Source of the DNA: Candidatus Bathyarchaeota archaeon
GTDB taxonomy: Archaea; Thermoproteota; Bathyarchaeia; Bathyarchaeales; Bathycorpusculaceae
Assembly (NCBI GenBank): GCA_963833575.1
Contig: CAWHXY010000004.1
Location: 576,001 to 640,000 of the forward strand
Direction: 5' to 3'
DNA length: 64,000 bases
Both the position numbers and the translations under genes were made by a program. Shown here piece by piece: positions 38,003 to 48,698 of this stretch (position 1 is its first letter; each line of letters opens with the position of its first letter). The notes under the pieces were generated by a model. That model searched no databases and was not told the DNA's origin. It worked only from the letters and a program-made list of their open reading frames with translations.

Positions 38003-38383
38003 ATGGCAATCGATAAAAAATCGCTCAAGAAAATGTTTCCACACCTCTACAATGAACTAGAAACGGGAGAGGTTAAAGTGCCTATTAATGCTGTTCGAAA
38101 AGATGCTGAAGCTATAGAAAATGCTGAATGCGAAGAAATGGATTTTGAGCCCACCGTTTTGCCTGATAAGCTTCGCCATTTTAATCCTTCCGCCGTAGAT
38201 TTTATTCGTCGATGCGATACGGAAACACAAGCTGAAGAAATAATTATGTACTTACAGAAAAAAGGTGAAATAACCAAAGAGAATGCTGATGAATTGCGGG
38301 GTCAGCTTAAACGAGATGGCGTTAGAAGCTTTGGACCCAAAAAAGAAGAGTACTATTATTTTAAAGAAAGCGGAATTTACTAA
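38003..38383 (+). CDS. DUF2095-like conserved archaeal protein
   Basis: FPHL..EL, P..VDFIRRCDT, GVRSFGPKK..YY. Confidence 0.8.
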   Translation: MAIDKKSLKKMFPHLYNELETGEVKVPINAVRKDAEAIENAECEEMDFEPTVLPDKLRHFNPSAVDFIRRCDTETQAEEIIMYLQKKGEITKENADELRGQLKRDGVRSFGPKKEEYYYFKESGIY

Positions 38384-38573
38384 TTTTGTTATGAACTAAC
38401 TTTGTAATCTGCCACCAATTGACTTAAAGCAAATGTTATCGGTTGCTTAATGTAAAGTGAAAATCTTTATCATGTGATAGGAGCTTGTTGCTTGCCAAGC
38501 GCTTTGTCCACATTTTTGTCGGAAAATTAATAAATATAGAGTCGATTGTACAGACTTAGAAAATGGTGATTTT

Positions 38574-39593
38574 ATGACTATTAAAGTAGGAATTAACGGA
38601 TTCGGAAGGATCGGAAGACTTCTCTACAGAGCAGCAATAGAAAAGAATGCAGATATTGATTTCGTAGCCATTAACGACCTTGCAGATGCAAAAACTAATG
38701 CTCACCTTCTAAAATATGACTCAGTTCACGGGCGCTTTCCAGGAACAGTTGAAGTGAAAGGAAACGACTTAGTCGTGAATGGGAAAGAACTCAAATGTCT
38801 CAGCGTTAGAGACCCTTTACAATTGCCTTGGAAAGACCTTGGAATTTACTTAGCTGTTGAAAGCACAGGTTTATTCACTAACCGTGAAGGTGCAACCAAA
38901 CACTTAACGGCAGGAGCAAAAAAAGTTCTCATTTCCGCGCCAGCAGAAAATCCAGATGCAACATTTGTTTTAGGCGTCAACGACAAAACCTACGACCCAG
39001 AAAAACACAACATTCTGAGCAACGCAAGCTGCACAACAAACGCTTTAGCACCTATCAGCAAAGTATTAACAGAAAATTTCGGTTTAGAAAAAGCACTCAT
39101 GACGACTTGCCACAGCTATACAAACGACCAGAAAATCCAAGATATAGTTCACAAGGACCCAAGACGCGCAAGAGCAGCAGCAATTAACATCATTCCAACA
39201 AGCACAGGTGCGGCTAAAGCAATTGGCTTAGTTTTGCCTAGTTGCGCCGGTAAAATGAATGGGTATTCACTACGAGTTCCGACCCCAGACGTATCTATTG
39301 TTGATTTAACCGCAATCTTAGGCAAAGAAGTTACAAAAGCTGAAATCAATGCAGCGATGAAGAAAGCGGCTGAAGGCGAGCTCAAAGGCATTCTGCAGTA
39401 CACTGAAGACCCAATCGTTAGCACTGATGTACTTCACAGCACGTATAGCAGTGTTTTCGATGCCGATTTAACCATGGTTTTAGGGGATAAAGGCAACTTC
39501 GTTAAAGTCTTCGCATGGTATGACAACGAATGGGGCTTTAGCAACCGGATGGTTGACTTTATCGAAATGGTCGGCAAAAAAGTCAAGGTTTAA
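38574..39593 (+). CDS. gap: Type I (bacterial-type) glyceraldehyde-3-phosphate dehydrogenase
   Basis: [25 protein letters not shown]. Confidence 0.97.
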   Translation: MTIKVGINGFGRIGRLLYRAAIEKNADIDFVAINDLADAKTNAHLLKYDSVHGRFPGTVEVKGNDLVVNGKELKCLSVRDPLQLPWKDLGIYLAVESTGLFTNREGATKHLTAGAKKVLISAPAENPDATFVLGVNDKTYDPEKHNILSNASCTTNALAPISKVLTENFGLEKALMTTCHSYTNDQKIQDIVHKDPRRARAAAINIIPTSTGAAKAIGLVLPSCAGKMNGYSLRVPTPDVSIVDLTAILGKEVTKAEINAAMKKAAEGELKGILQYTEDPIVSTDVLHSTYSSVFDADLTMVLGDKGNFVKVFAWYDNEWGFSNRMVDFIEMVGKKVKV

Positions 39594-39660
39594 GTCTGTT
39601 AAACAAGCTTAAATCCACCTATTCTTTTCCTTTTTTGAAATAAATTAAGAAGTGATTAAC

Positions 39661-40893
39661 ATGGCAAAGTACAAGACATTAGACGATTTTGAAGTAAAAA
39701 ACAAAGTTGTGTTAGTCAGAGTGGACTTTAACTCTGAAATTGACCCAGCAACCAAGAGAGTAACAAGCGATGTACGTATAAAAGCACATGCTGAAACAAC
39801 TCTCAAAGAATTGGCTGAAAAAGGAGCCAAAACCGTTGTGTTAGCCCATCAAGGACGTAAAGGAGACCCAGACTATACACCACTCAAAGAACATGCAGCA
39901 ATTCTTCAGAAAATCCTCAAATGCCCAGTAAAATACGTTGACGACGTATTTGGTGAAAAAGCGAAAACCGCTATCAAAAACCTTCAAGCGGGAGAAATTT
40001 TGGTTCTTGAAAACGTACGTTCATGGGATGGAGAAACCAAAAACGGCACACCAGAACAACAAAGCAAAACAGAACTTGTCCAGAATCTTGCGCTGCTTGC
40101 CGACTTGTTTGTAAATGATGCTTTCGCTGCTGCACACCGTGGACATGTTTCTATGGTTGGATTCACCGCAGTTTTGCCGAGTGCTGCAGGACGCATCATG
40201 GAACGCGAATTGAAATCGCTGAGCAAAGCGTTAGAAAAACCTGAAAAACCCTCGGTTTACGTTATGGGCGGAGCCAAAGCCGACGATAGCCTCGAAATCA
40301 GCAAGTACGTTTTGGGCAACGGTTTAGCAGATTATGTGCTTACTGGTGGTGTAACTGGTCAGTTGTTTCTTGCGGCTAAAGGCGTCGATTTGGGCAAGGG
40401 AAACATGGGTTACCTCGCAAAAAAAGAACTCACAGGTTTAATCCCCGGCATTAAGGCGTTAGAGGACCAATTTGGCGAAAAGGTTGTTGTTCCACTAGAT
40501 TTTGCCTTAGACATTAACGGCAAACGAAAAGAAATTCCAGTTAACAAACTACCAACAGAAAATTCGATTATGGACATAGGTACAAAAACCGTCGAGAAAT
40601 ACGCAAGAATTATCGCAATCGCAAAATCCATAGTTGTCAGCGGACCCATGGGAGTCTACGAAAATAAAGAATTCAACTACGGAACCAAAGGGGTCTTCGA
40701 AGCAATCGCAAACAGCAAAGCTTTCAGCCTCGCAGGTGGTGGAAATACCATCGCGGCTATCCAAGAATACGGCCTAACCAAAAAAATAGGCTACATAAGC
40801 ACCGCAGGTGGAGCACTAATCGAGTTCCTCATGGGCAAGAAACTCCCAGGCGTCGTTGCATTGGAAAACGCTGTCAAAACAAAGAAGATCTAA
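39661..40893 (+). CDS. pgk: Phosphoglycerate kinase
   Basis: RVDFN, HQGR, ENVR, NDAFAAAHR, GGAK, STAGGA. Confidence 0.97.
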   Translation: MAKYKTLDDFEVKNKVVLVRVDFNSEIDPATKRVTSDVRIKAHAETTLKELAEKGAKTVVLAHQGRKGDPDYTPLKEHAAILQKILKCPVKYVDDVFGEKAKTAIKNLQAGEILVLENVRSWDGETKNGTPEQQSKTELVQNLALLADLFVNDAFAAAHRGHVSMVGFTAVLPSAAGRIMERELKSLSKALEKPEKPSVYVMGGAKADDSLEISKYVLGNGLADYVLTGGVTGQLFLAAKGVDLGKGNMGYLAKKELTGLIPGIKALEDQFGEKVVVPLDFALDINGKRKEIPVNKLPTENSIMDIGTKTVEKYARIIAIAKSIVVSGPMGVYENKEFNYGTKGVFEAIANSKAFSLAGGGNTIAAIQEYGLTKKIGYISTAGGALIEFLMGKKLPGVVALENAVKTKKI

Positions 40894-40931
40894 TTTTTCC
40901 TTATTCTTTGTTTTTGCTAAGGGTTGACGAT

Positions 40932-41675
40932 TTAGAGTTTATTAGTAGTAATTTCAACAAAATTATCAATAATTGATTGAATACTTTTTGCTATATAGTC
41001 GGGTTTTTGTTGACTTTCAAATAGATCCTGTAATGTGTTAAATTGTGAAGGAATAAAAACTGTTTTTAATCCTGCCGCTTTAGCGCCTCTAATATCTTCA
41101 TTTGGACTGTCGCCAATAAAAACAGCTTCTTCTGCTTTGGTGTGTAAGCGGTTTAGAGCTTCTTGGAAAATCTTGCGGCTTGGTTTCCTCCAACCAGTTT
41201 CCTCTGAAACCACAACTGCGTTAAAAAATGCATTTATGCCCAGGTGTCTTAAGCTCGAGTAAATGACGGGAGCATGGGTAAAGTTTGAGATTAACCCGAC
41301 TTTGCTTTGATGCCGCGCTTGTTTGAGTAGTACCTTTGCGCCGTCTCTTAGTTCAAACGAGTCAATGTAAGCTTTGAAGAAAACGCTTAGGGCACATTTA
41401 ATTCGATAATCAGCTTCCTTCACTTCAAAACCCAAAGTACTAAGTGCTTCTGCCACCCAAACTGAATTTGTGACCTCTCTTAGCTCGTCATAACGGATTT
41501 TTCGGTACTTCTCATGAGCTTGAGCGTAAGCGGCTAAAAACCGATCTTTAGATACATTAAATCCCTCGTTAGTTAAAGCCGTATAGAGGTTTTCCATTGA
41601 AGCATTCATAGTATAGCCTTTGCAGTTGACCAAAGTGCCAATGTAATCAAAAATTACTGCTTTAGCACAAGCCAC
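40932..41675 (-). CDS. HAD-superfamily hydrolase
   Basis: FDYIGTL, ISN, RKP, IGDS..DI.GA. Confidence 0.9.
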   Translation of the reverse strand: MACAKAVIFDYIGTLVNCKGYTMNASMENLYTALTNEGFNVSKDRFLAAYAQAHEKYRKIRYDELREVTNSVWVAEALSTLGFEVKEADYRIKCALSVFFKAYIDSFELRDGAKVLLKQARHQSKVGLISNFTHAPVIYSSLRHLGINAFFNAVVVSEETGWRKPSRKIFQEALNRLHTKAEEAVFIGDSPNEDIRGAKAAGLKTVFIPSQFNTLQDLFESQQKPDYIAKSIQSIIDNFVEITTNKL

Positions 41676-41680
41676 TATGG

Positions 41681-42427
41681 TCAGCTCTTCGCTATCAGGA
41701 TAATTCTTTTAACTACTTGCCTGAGTTTTTTGGCAATGGAGGTATTGAGCAATTCTCCTTCGATACCAATGGCGCCTTCAACGCCTGGGTCATATGGGAT
41801 TTCGCCAAGATATTTTAGCCCCAGCTTTCCTGTTTCTTCTGCAATACCTTCTTCCACAGCCATTTTCATGTTTTCTATAATGCCTATAATTGGCATTTTT
41901 AGCTCACGCAAAAGGTTCACTTGCTTTTTGACTGTTTCAAAAGCTAGAAGTGAAGGTGTTGTAACTATTAGAAATTCTATGCGTTTAATGAGTCGAACTA
42001 AATCAAGAATTGCATCACCGATTCCTGGCGGCATGTCAATTACCAAAAAATCTAGCTGCCCCCACTGCGTAATTGCTAAAAGTTCGATCAGGGCGTTTGA
42101 AACGTCTCCTCCGCGTAGGGGTGCTGGGTTATCCCCGACAAAGTAAACAAGCGACATGTATTCCATACCATGGACTGTTGGGGGTATGATGCCTTTTTCT
42201 TCTTTTGGTTGCACTTTTTGTACGCCAAGGATTATGTGGGTGGATGGGCTGGTGAAGTCTAAGTCAAATAAACCTACTCTGCAGCCGTTATGAGCTAAGG
42301 TTAATGCAAGTGTGGTTGCGACCATGCTTTTTCCCACGCCGCCTTTGCCGCTTGAAACAGCGATAATTCTGGTTATTCGTGACAAACGCTCTTTGATTAC
42401 GCTTGTTCGTGGATCAACCACGTTCAT
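41681..42427 (-). CDS. Mrp/MinD-family ATPase, probable Thermococcales-type HypB
   Basis: SGKGGVGKS, DMPPG; lacks the CxxC after ENM; coupled to hypA. Confidence 0.8.
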   Translation of the reverse strand: MNVVDPRTSVIKERLSRITRIIAVSSGKGGVGKSMVATTLALTLAHNGCRVGLFDLDFTSPSTHIILGVQKVQPKEEKGIIPPTVHGMEYMSLVYFVGDNPAPLRGGDVSNALIELLAITQWGQLDFLVIDMPPGIGDAILDLVRLIKRIEFLIVTTPSLLAFETVKKQVNLLRELKMPIIGIIENMKMAVEEGIAEETGKLGLKYLGEIPYDPGVEGAIGIEGELLNTSIAKKLRQVVKRIILIAKS

Positions 42428-42822
42428 TTAGCTCCTTTTATGTTCTCAAGCCAAACGCCACGCCCGCTGACTATTTCAAAGTCAGGACTGCCACATTTAG
42501 GACACTTAATGTAAGTGTGGGCAACTTCGGGAACAAAATGAATTGCTTCAGCAGTGGCTTTATCAAGCTTTTTGATATTAAACTGCCACTTTGTTTCGCA
42601 AACGCGACATCTGAGCGTTGATTTAGCCTTCAAAATTCTGAATTTAGCATTCTTAAAATTCCCGGTTTTGATCTGCGAAAGAGCAAACCTCAAAATGGGA
42701 GGTTCAACCTGCTGAAGCTCACCAACCCTAATAGTAACTTCCGTTACTTCCTTCAAACCTTCCTGCTCAGCAACTTGCTTCGCCGATGTAAGAATAGCTT
42801 CAGCTAAAGCCCATTCATGCAT
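42424..42822 (-). CDS. hypA: Hydrogenase nickel incorporation protein HypA
   Basis: MHE, GELQ, CRVC...CPKC, GRG. Confidence 0.95.
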   Translation of the reverse strand: MHEWALAEAILTSAKQVAEQEGLKEVTEVTIRVGELQQVEPPILRFALSQIKTGNFKNAKFRILKAKSTLRCRVCETKWQFNIKKLDKATAEAIHFVPEVAHTYIKCPKCGSPDFEIVSGRGVWLENIKGAK

Positions 42823-42963
42823 AAACTAACCATGCCTTACGCATCTTTAAAAGAATATTGCAAGAATTACCTAATCCTAAACAGTATCTGCTATCCCTTT
42901 TCTAAAAAGTAGGCTATGGCTAACTTTAAATCCTTTTTCTATTGTCTGTTAACAGTGGTTCTT

Positions 42964-43527
42964 GTGGAAAAGCAATTTAAAATTCTCGCCTTCGCTGGAA
43001 GCTTGAGAAAAGGCTCCTACAATAAAGCCCTAATCCGGGCAGCCTTAGAGCTCGCGCCAGAAAATATTACGGTAGAAGTTTTTGACTTAGAAGGAATACC
43101 GCCCTTCAATCAAGATAATGTGAACAATCCCCCGACGCAGGTTGCGGAGTTTAAAGAAAAAATCAGAAACGCAGATGCACTGCTCATTGCCACCCCAGAA
43201 TACAACTTTTCTGTTCCAGGGGTGTTGAAAAACGCGATCGATTGGGCTTCAAGACCTTTACAAGGAAATCCTCTCGATGATAAACCGGTAGCCATCATGA
43301 GTGCATCAACGGGCAGGTTAGGTGGAGCTAGGGCACAATATCATTTACGGCAAACCTTTGTCTTCCTTAACATACATCCCATCAACCGACCTGAAGTCAT
43401 GCTATCTAACGCCGCTGAAAATGTTGATGCTAACGGCAAGGTAACCAATGAACAAACGCGGACACTTATCAAACAATTGATTGAGGCGTTGGTGACATGG
43501 AGTAATAGGCTAAAAGGCCAGAAGTAA
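42964..43527 (+). CDS. NAD(P)H-dependent FMN reductase (ChrR/SsuE family)
   Basis: GSLRKGSYN, TPEYN, LKNAIDWASR. Confidence 0.93.
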   Translation: MEKQFKILAFAGSLRKGSYNKALIRAALELAPENITVEVFDLEGIPPFNQDNVNNPPTQVAEFKEKIRNADALLIATPEYNFSVPGVLKNAIDWASRPLQGNPLDDKPVAIMSASTGRLGGARAQYHLRQTFVFLNIHPINRPEVMLSNAAENVDANGKVTNEQTRTLIKQLIEALVTWSNRLKGQK

Positions 43528-43613
43528 ACCAGATTAATGGTGTCTCATTTTTATTGCTTACTTTGCGAAGCCTTAAATGATGTAATGCCCACGTTAGCCA
43601 TAAGGCGTTTAGC

Positions 43614-44918
43614 ATGAGAGTCATAGCTGACCTACACATTCATGGACGTTACAGTCGAGCAACAAGCGAGCAAATGAACATACCTGAAATCGCTCGATAT
43701 TCGAAAATTAAAGGGTTAAACCTTGTGGGTACAGGCGATTTTACCCATCCACAGTGGCTTAAAGAAATCAACGAAACTTTAACGCCTGAACAAGACACAG
43801 GGCTCTTCAAATTAGCCAAAAATGCTGATTCGCCAGTTCGTTTTATGTTAACAACTGAAGTTTGCACCATCTTCGATTACATGGGCGAATCCAAAAAAAT
43901 CCATCATGTAATCCTAACGCCGAACATGGAAACAGCAATCCAAATAAATGACCGGCTTAAGAGATTTGGAAATTTAGCCTCCGATGGCAGACCAATACTA
44001 AACATGACGGCACCCCAACTTGTTGAGCAAGTGATGGCTGTCTCAACCGATAACATGATTTTTCCAGCTCACGCGTGGACTCCGTGGTTTAGCATTTTCG
44101 GCGCCTTCAGCGGCTTTAACACTGTAGAAGACTGTTACCAAGACATGACTAAACATATCTATGCCTTAGAGACCGGACTCTCTTCTGATCCTGCAATGAA
44201 TTGGCGCTTAAGCAAATTAGACAAGTTTACACTTGTTTCAAATAGCGACTGCCACAGTTTTTGGCCATGGCGCATCGGCAGAGAAGCCAACGTTTTCGAA
44301 CTTGAAAAATTCAATTATCAACAAGTAACAGATGCCATAAAAAGCAATGATGCAACCCACTTCAAGTTTACAATCGAAACTGACCCCGCCTACGGCAAGT
44401 ACCATTGGACTGGACACAGAAACTGCAAAATATCGCTTTCACCGCAAGACGCCATAAAGTTCAACAATGTTTGCCCAGTTTGCCGAAAAGAACTCACAAA
44501 AGGTGTAGAGCAACGAGTTGAAGAGCTGGCAGATCGACCTGTGAATTTCAAACGTGAAGGTGCACCTGGTTTTTTGCGGCTGCTCCCACTTTCTGAGATA
44601 ATTGCAACAGTGTTAGGTACTGATTCTCCGGCAACTCGCGCGGTTTGGAATAATTATAGTTCTTTGGTTGAAAAGTTTGGGAGTGAGTACACTGTATTAA
44701 TTGATACGCCCCAAGAAGCATTAGCCACGGTGGTTGATGCAACAATGGCACAAGCCATCATAAAGGTTAGAGACGGCACTGCCAAAGTAACACCGGGATA
44801 CGACGGCGTTTACGGGCAGCTTGTTTTGGGCATTGATGCGCCAAAAGCTAAACCCAAACCTGCACCGAGAACGGCAAAGCAGACGAATATAGGCGATTTT
44901 TTTGGAAAATTAAGTTAA
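43614..44918 (+). CDS. Endonuclease Q family (PHP domain + Zn ribbon)
   Basis: DLHIH..YSRATS, GTGDFTHP, PAHAWTPW, ETGLSSD, SNSDCHS, GKYH..GHRNC. Confidence 0.9.
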   Translation: MRVIADLHIHGRYSRATSEQMNIPEIARYSKIKGLNLVGTGDFTHPQWLKEINETLTPEQDTGLFKLAKNADSPVRFMLTTEVCTIFDYMGESKKIHHVILTPNMETAIQINDRLKRFGNLASDGRPILNMTAPQLVEQVMAVSTDNMIFPAHAWTPWFSIFGAFSGFNTVEDCYQDMTKHIYALETGLSSDPAMNWRLSKLDKFTLVSNSDCHSFWPWRIGREANVFELEKFNYQQVTDAIKSNDATHFKFTIETDPAYGKYHWTGHRNCKISLSPQDAIKFNNVCPVCRKELTKGVEQRVEELADRPVNFKREGAPGFLRLLPLSEIIATVLGTDSPATRAVWNNYSSLVEKFGSEYTVLIDTPQEALATVVDATMAQAIIKVRDGTAKVTPGYDGVYGQLVLGIDAPKAKPKPAPRTAKQTNIGDFFGKLS

Positions 44919-45000
44919 CATTCTCTATCTATCCAGAGAAACAAAACGATTTAATTCCAGAAAAATAACTAATGTTCTAATCTACAAGGATAGATCACAT

Positions 45001-46386
45001 TTGAAAGATCTTTTAACAAAAATTAACAACATAGCCATTCAAAAGTTCGGAGCCCAATACGCTGAAGCCCGAGCTCAAAAACTTTCAAAAACAATGCTCA
45101 ATCTTAAAGAAGAGCGTGTTGAAGGCGCAAAGCAAGGCATCGAGAACGGTGTCGCCATGCGCGTACTTGTTAATGGCGCTTGGGGTTTTGCATCAGTTGG
45201 CTCATTGGACGAGGAAATTTTGAGCAATGCTGTTTCGGATGCTTGCAAAATGGCTAAAATGGCTAGTTCGAAGTTGAAAACGCCGATTAAGCTTGCTAAA
45301 ACCAAAGTCGTCACTGACCGCGTCGTCTCGAAACCAAAGAAGAACCCATCAGATATCTTGATGGAGAACAAAATAAAGACTGCTTTGGATGTAAACAAGG
45401 CAAGTTTAGCCTTCGATAAGAAAATTAAAAGTTGCAACATAGATTACATGGATTTAACTGGCACAAGTTATTTTGTGAATAGTGATGGCACAAGCATAGA
45501 GCAAGATAAACTGGTCGTTTGGGCAAGAATCACTGCCTCAGCCCTAAACGAGGGCATTTTCACTTTTAGCCGAGAAGAAGTAGGTTCAACCTCAGGCTAC
45601 GATATATTTGATAAGCTATCACCAGAAGCGCTCGGTGAAAAAGTTGCAAAACTCGCGATCCAACAACTAAGCGCGAAATCGCCAAAAGGCGGAACGTTTC
45701 CAGTTGTTTTGGGTCCAAACGTTGTGGGAGTTTTCGTTCATGAAGCATTTGGGCATTTAGCTGAAGCTGATTTGGCCCTTTCAGGCGGTGTTTTAGCTGC
45801 TAATATGAAAAAGAAAATCGGCTCAGACCTAGTAACATTTTATGATGATGGCACGATTGAGGGATCTTTTGGCGCTTTCAAATACGATGATGAAGGGGTT
45901 CAGACCCAGAAAACATTGCTAATAAAAGACGGCGTTGTTGAGGGTTTGATGCACAACCGCGAAACCGCTCAAAAATTCAACGCACAACCAACCGGCAACG
46001 CCAGGGCTGAAGATTTCCGAGTGGAACCAATTATTCGAATGCGCTGCACTTACATGGCACCCAGAGATCAATCAATTGAAGAATTAATCGAAAACGTCAA
46101 ACAAGGATATTACTTTAAGAGCTTCAGAGGCGGACAAGCTAATCTTGACGGCACTTTCCAAGTTGGCATCCAAGAAGGTTACGAGATAATCAATGGTGAA
46201 ATAGGCGCTCCGGTACGTGATGCGTCAATAAGCGGCAACACACTTGAAACCTTGCATAAAGTTGACGCTGTAGGGAAGGATTTTCTGTTAGACCCAGGAA
46301 GGTGTGGAAAAGGTCAAATAGCATTCGTAGGTGATGGTGGACCTCACATCAGACTTAAGGAAGTGGTTGTTGGTGGCAGTGTTTAA
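45001..46386 (+). CDS. tldD: TldD metalloprotease
   Basis: [28 protein letters not shown]. Confidence 0.93.
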   Translation: MKDLLTKINNIAIQKFGAQYAEARAQKLSKTMLNLKEERVEGAKQGIENGVAMRVLVNGAWGFASVGSLDEEILSNAVSDACKMAKMASSKLKTPIKLAKTKVVTDRVVSKPKKNPSDILMENKIKTALDVNKASLAFDKKIKSCNIDYMDLTGTSYFVNSDGTSIEQDKLVVWARITASALNEGIFTFSREEVGSTSGYDIFDKLSPEALGEKVAKLAIQQLSAKSPKGGTFPVVLGPNVVGVFVHEAFGHLAEADLALSGGVLAANMKKKIGSDLVTFYDDGTIEGSFGAFKYDDEGVQTQKTLLIKDGVVEGLMHNRETAQKFNAQPTGNARAEDFRVEPIIRMRCTYMAPRDQSIEELIENVKQGYYFKSFRGGQANLDGTFQVGIQEGYEIINGEIGAPVRDASISGNTLETLHKVDAVGKDFLLDPGRCGKGQIAFVGDGGPHIRLKEVVVGGSV

Positions 46387-47737
46387 AAAAGATATAATGA
46401 TTAGTTTAGCTGAAAACGCAGTAAAGGTAGCGATGCAAAATGGAGCGTCTCAAGCTGAAGCTTACGTTTACGAGGGGCAAGCAACAAATATTGGCATTGA
46501 ACTTGGACAAATCAGCAAGACCAATAGAATAATAGATCGCGGCTTAGGCATCCGGGTTGCTTCAAACAAAGCCGTAGGTTTTGCTTATACGAACGTAATT
46601 GATGACCAAAACGCAGTTGAAAACGTGATTAATAGCGCTTTAGGTGCTGCAAAAGCCAGTAAGCCTGACCCCGATTGGAAGGGACTCCCACAAGCCAAAC
46701 CGTACGCCACCCTTCAGCAAACGTTCGATGATAAAATTGTTGAACTTGGCTCAGAGGAACTAGTCAATGTTGCTTCAATCATGCTTGAAGCTGCTGGACA
46801 AGTTGACAAACGAGTTTTTCCAATTGAAGGAGGAATAGGCAACGCTTACATTTCTAACGCAATTGCCAACTCAAATGGAATCACAGGTTTTGACAAAGGA
46901 ACAGTTATTGAATGCAGCATAGCAACATTAGCCAAAGAAAACAATACAGTCACCCCAGTTTGCTTTGAATTCAATGCTTCAAGAAAATACAATATTAACC
47001 CAGAATGGGTCGGAAAAGAAGCCGCAAAAATGGCTCTTTCAGCACTAAAAACTAAGTCAGTTGAAACGAAATCCACAACGCTTATCCTAACTCAGTTTGC
47101 ATTGCAAGATCTTTTTGCCTATACGCTGGTTAACGCTGTTAGAGCAGATAATGTTCAGAGAAATCAGTCGCCGTTTAAAGATAAACTTGATGAAAAAGTC
47201 GCTTCAGATAATCTGACAATTTATGATGACGGTTTATTCCCGGGTGGATTACGCACTTGGGCTTTTGACGGTGAGGGAGTGCCCCATCAGAAAACCCCAG
47301 TTATAGAAAAAGGTGAACTGCGCAATTTCCTATACGATAACTACTCCGCACAAAAAGATGGAAAAGAAAGCACAGGAAACGCATCCAGAGCAGGATACTT
47401 GTCGACGCCCAGCATTGACACAACAAACTTTCATATCATGCCCGGAAATAAAACATCCGACGAAATGCTGAGCGAAGTAGATGACGGCTTAATAATATAT
47501 TACTTGCAGGGAGCTCACAGCAGCAATCCTGTGAGCGGCGAGTTCTCGGTTGTTGCAACGCCAGCTTGGAAAATAAAGAAAGGAGAAATAGTTCACTGCA
47601 GCCGAGGTGTAATGTTGGCTGGCAACATTTTTGAGGTATTGAAAAACATCAGCTTAGTGGGCAATAATGAGCGGCAGATGGGGCAGCTGATTTCACCTTG
47701 GATTCAAGTAGAGAACGTGCGAGTTATCGGAAAATAA
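46379..47737 (+). CDS. pmbA: PmbA/TldE partner subunit (start uncertain)
   Basis: [23 protein letters not shown]; lacks HExxH. Confidence 0.9.
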   Translation: MFKKDIMISLAENAVKVAMQNGASQAEAYVYEGQATNIGIELGQISKTNRIIDRGLGIRVASNKAVGFAYTNVIDDQNAVENVINSALGAAKASKPDPDWKGLPQAKPYATLQQTFDDKIVELGSEELVNVASIMLEAAGQVDKRVFPIEGGIGNAYISNAIANSNGITGFDKGTVIECSIATLAKENNTVTPVCFEFNASRKYNINPEWVGKEAAKMALSALKTKSVETKSTTLILTQFALQDLFAYTLVNAVRADNVQRNQSPFKDKLDEKVASDNLTIYDDGLFPGGLRTWAFDGEGVPHQKTPVIEKGELRNFLYDNYSAQKDGKESTGNASRAGYLSTPSIDTTNFHIMPGNKTSDEMLSEVDDGLIIYYLQGAHSSNPVSGEFSVVATPAWKIKKGEIVHCSRGVMLAGNIFEVLKNISLVGNNERQMGQLISPWIQVENVRVIGK

Positions 47738-48197
47738 TTCTGGTTGCTACGCCCAAAAAACTCTTAAAGTACTCGCCTTTAGGGCTACGTCCTTTTTTAC
47801 TTCTTCTTTTGTTTCTGTCACAGTACTCATCTCTAAATATCTTATGAACGTGGCTAGTCATAAGTCTTATTTCAGTTCGTTCCACTTTTACTCGGTTCTA
47901 CATTTCCACAGTTTTTTTAGTTTGCCTCTCTTTATGTTTTCAAAAGAAGTTGTGTCTATTATCGGCATTGGAGTCGTAATTAGTATGATTTGCTGTTGCT
48001 GAGCGTTCCTCTGCCTGTTCGATTATTTTCCTATTTTATTTATTCTTGAGTTTGGCTTGAGGTTTAAGACGCGGTTAATTCATGCTTCTACGGTTCCTTG
48101 CTCTTGTTTTAAAAAAACAGAATTTTTAGGTGCGAAAGATTGTAAAACGCAGATATTATAAGCTAGAAATGACTTAACTGAAAAGTGGCGAAATATA

Positions 48198-48590
48198 TTG
48201 AACTTAAAGTTCGGAAACTGGAAAAAGTTTCTGTTTAAAGCTTTAATTGTTTCAGTGTGTATAATCATAGCTAATCTGTTGCTCGTTAATTTTTATGGTT
48301 CTACAATATGGCGTTACGCGGGTTATTTTTTTGGAAATGATGTAAAAACAACTTTGAGTACCTTACTATTTATTGAAGGTGCTGTGATTTTGACGTTAGG
48401 GTTTGTTTGGCTTTCAGGTGCAATGGAGGTAAACTTCGATGGCTCTAACATTAGAACAAATATTTGGAACCGAAACCAACAATGGAGACAACGTCCAAAT
48501 GAATTAGATCAAGAGAACGCGGCAGGTAAGGTCATGATTCTTGTGGGTCTTCCAGTTTTTCTTGTTTCACTTATCCTAGTTTTTATATGA
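48198..48590 (+). CDS. Hypothetical membrane protein (3 TM)
   Basis: Three hydrophobic segments; TTG start. Confidence 0.6.
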   Translation: MNLKFGNWKKFLFKALIVSVCIIIANLLLVNFYGSTIWRYAGYFFGNDVKTTLSTLLFIEGAVILTLGFVWLSGAMEVNFDGSNIRTNIWNRNQQWRQRPNELDQENAAGKVMILVGLPVFLVSLILVFI

Positions 48591-48616
48591 AACTGATTGC
48601 CGTGCAAAAACAGAGT

Positions 48617-48689
48617 CCTTAGGTGCGAGGGGGGTGCCCTAAAGGGAGGTGTACTCGCTACCTGAGGTGCCTTTTCTATAAGGCGAGTA
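48617..48689. repeat. GC-rich nested hairpin element
   Basis: CCTTAGGT-GCGAG...CTCGC-T-ACCTGAGG stem, inner CCCT-AA-AGGG, then GCCTT-TTCTAT-AAGGC. Confidence 0.45.
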
Positions 48690-48698
48690 TCTGATGTT

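Noticed and set aside
37280-38383. MNT-HEPN toxin-antitoxin pair
   Set aside because: The downstream gene is DUF2095-like with no HEPN RxxxxH motif in a HEPN context
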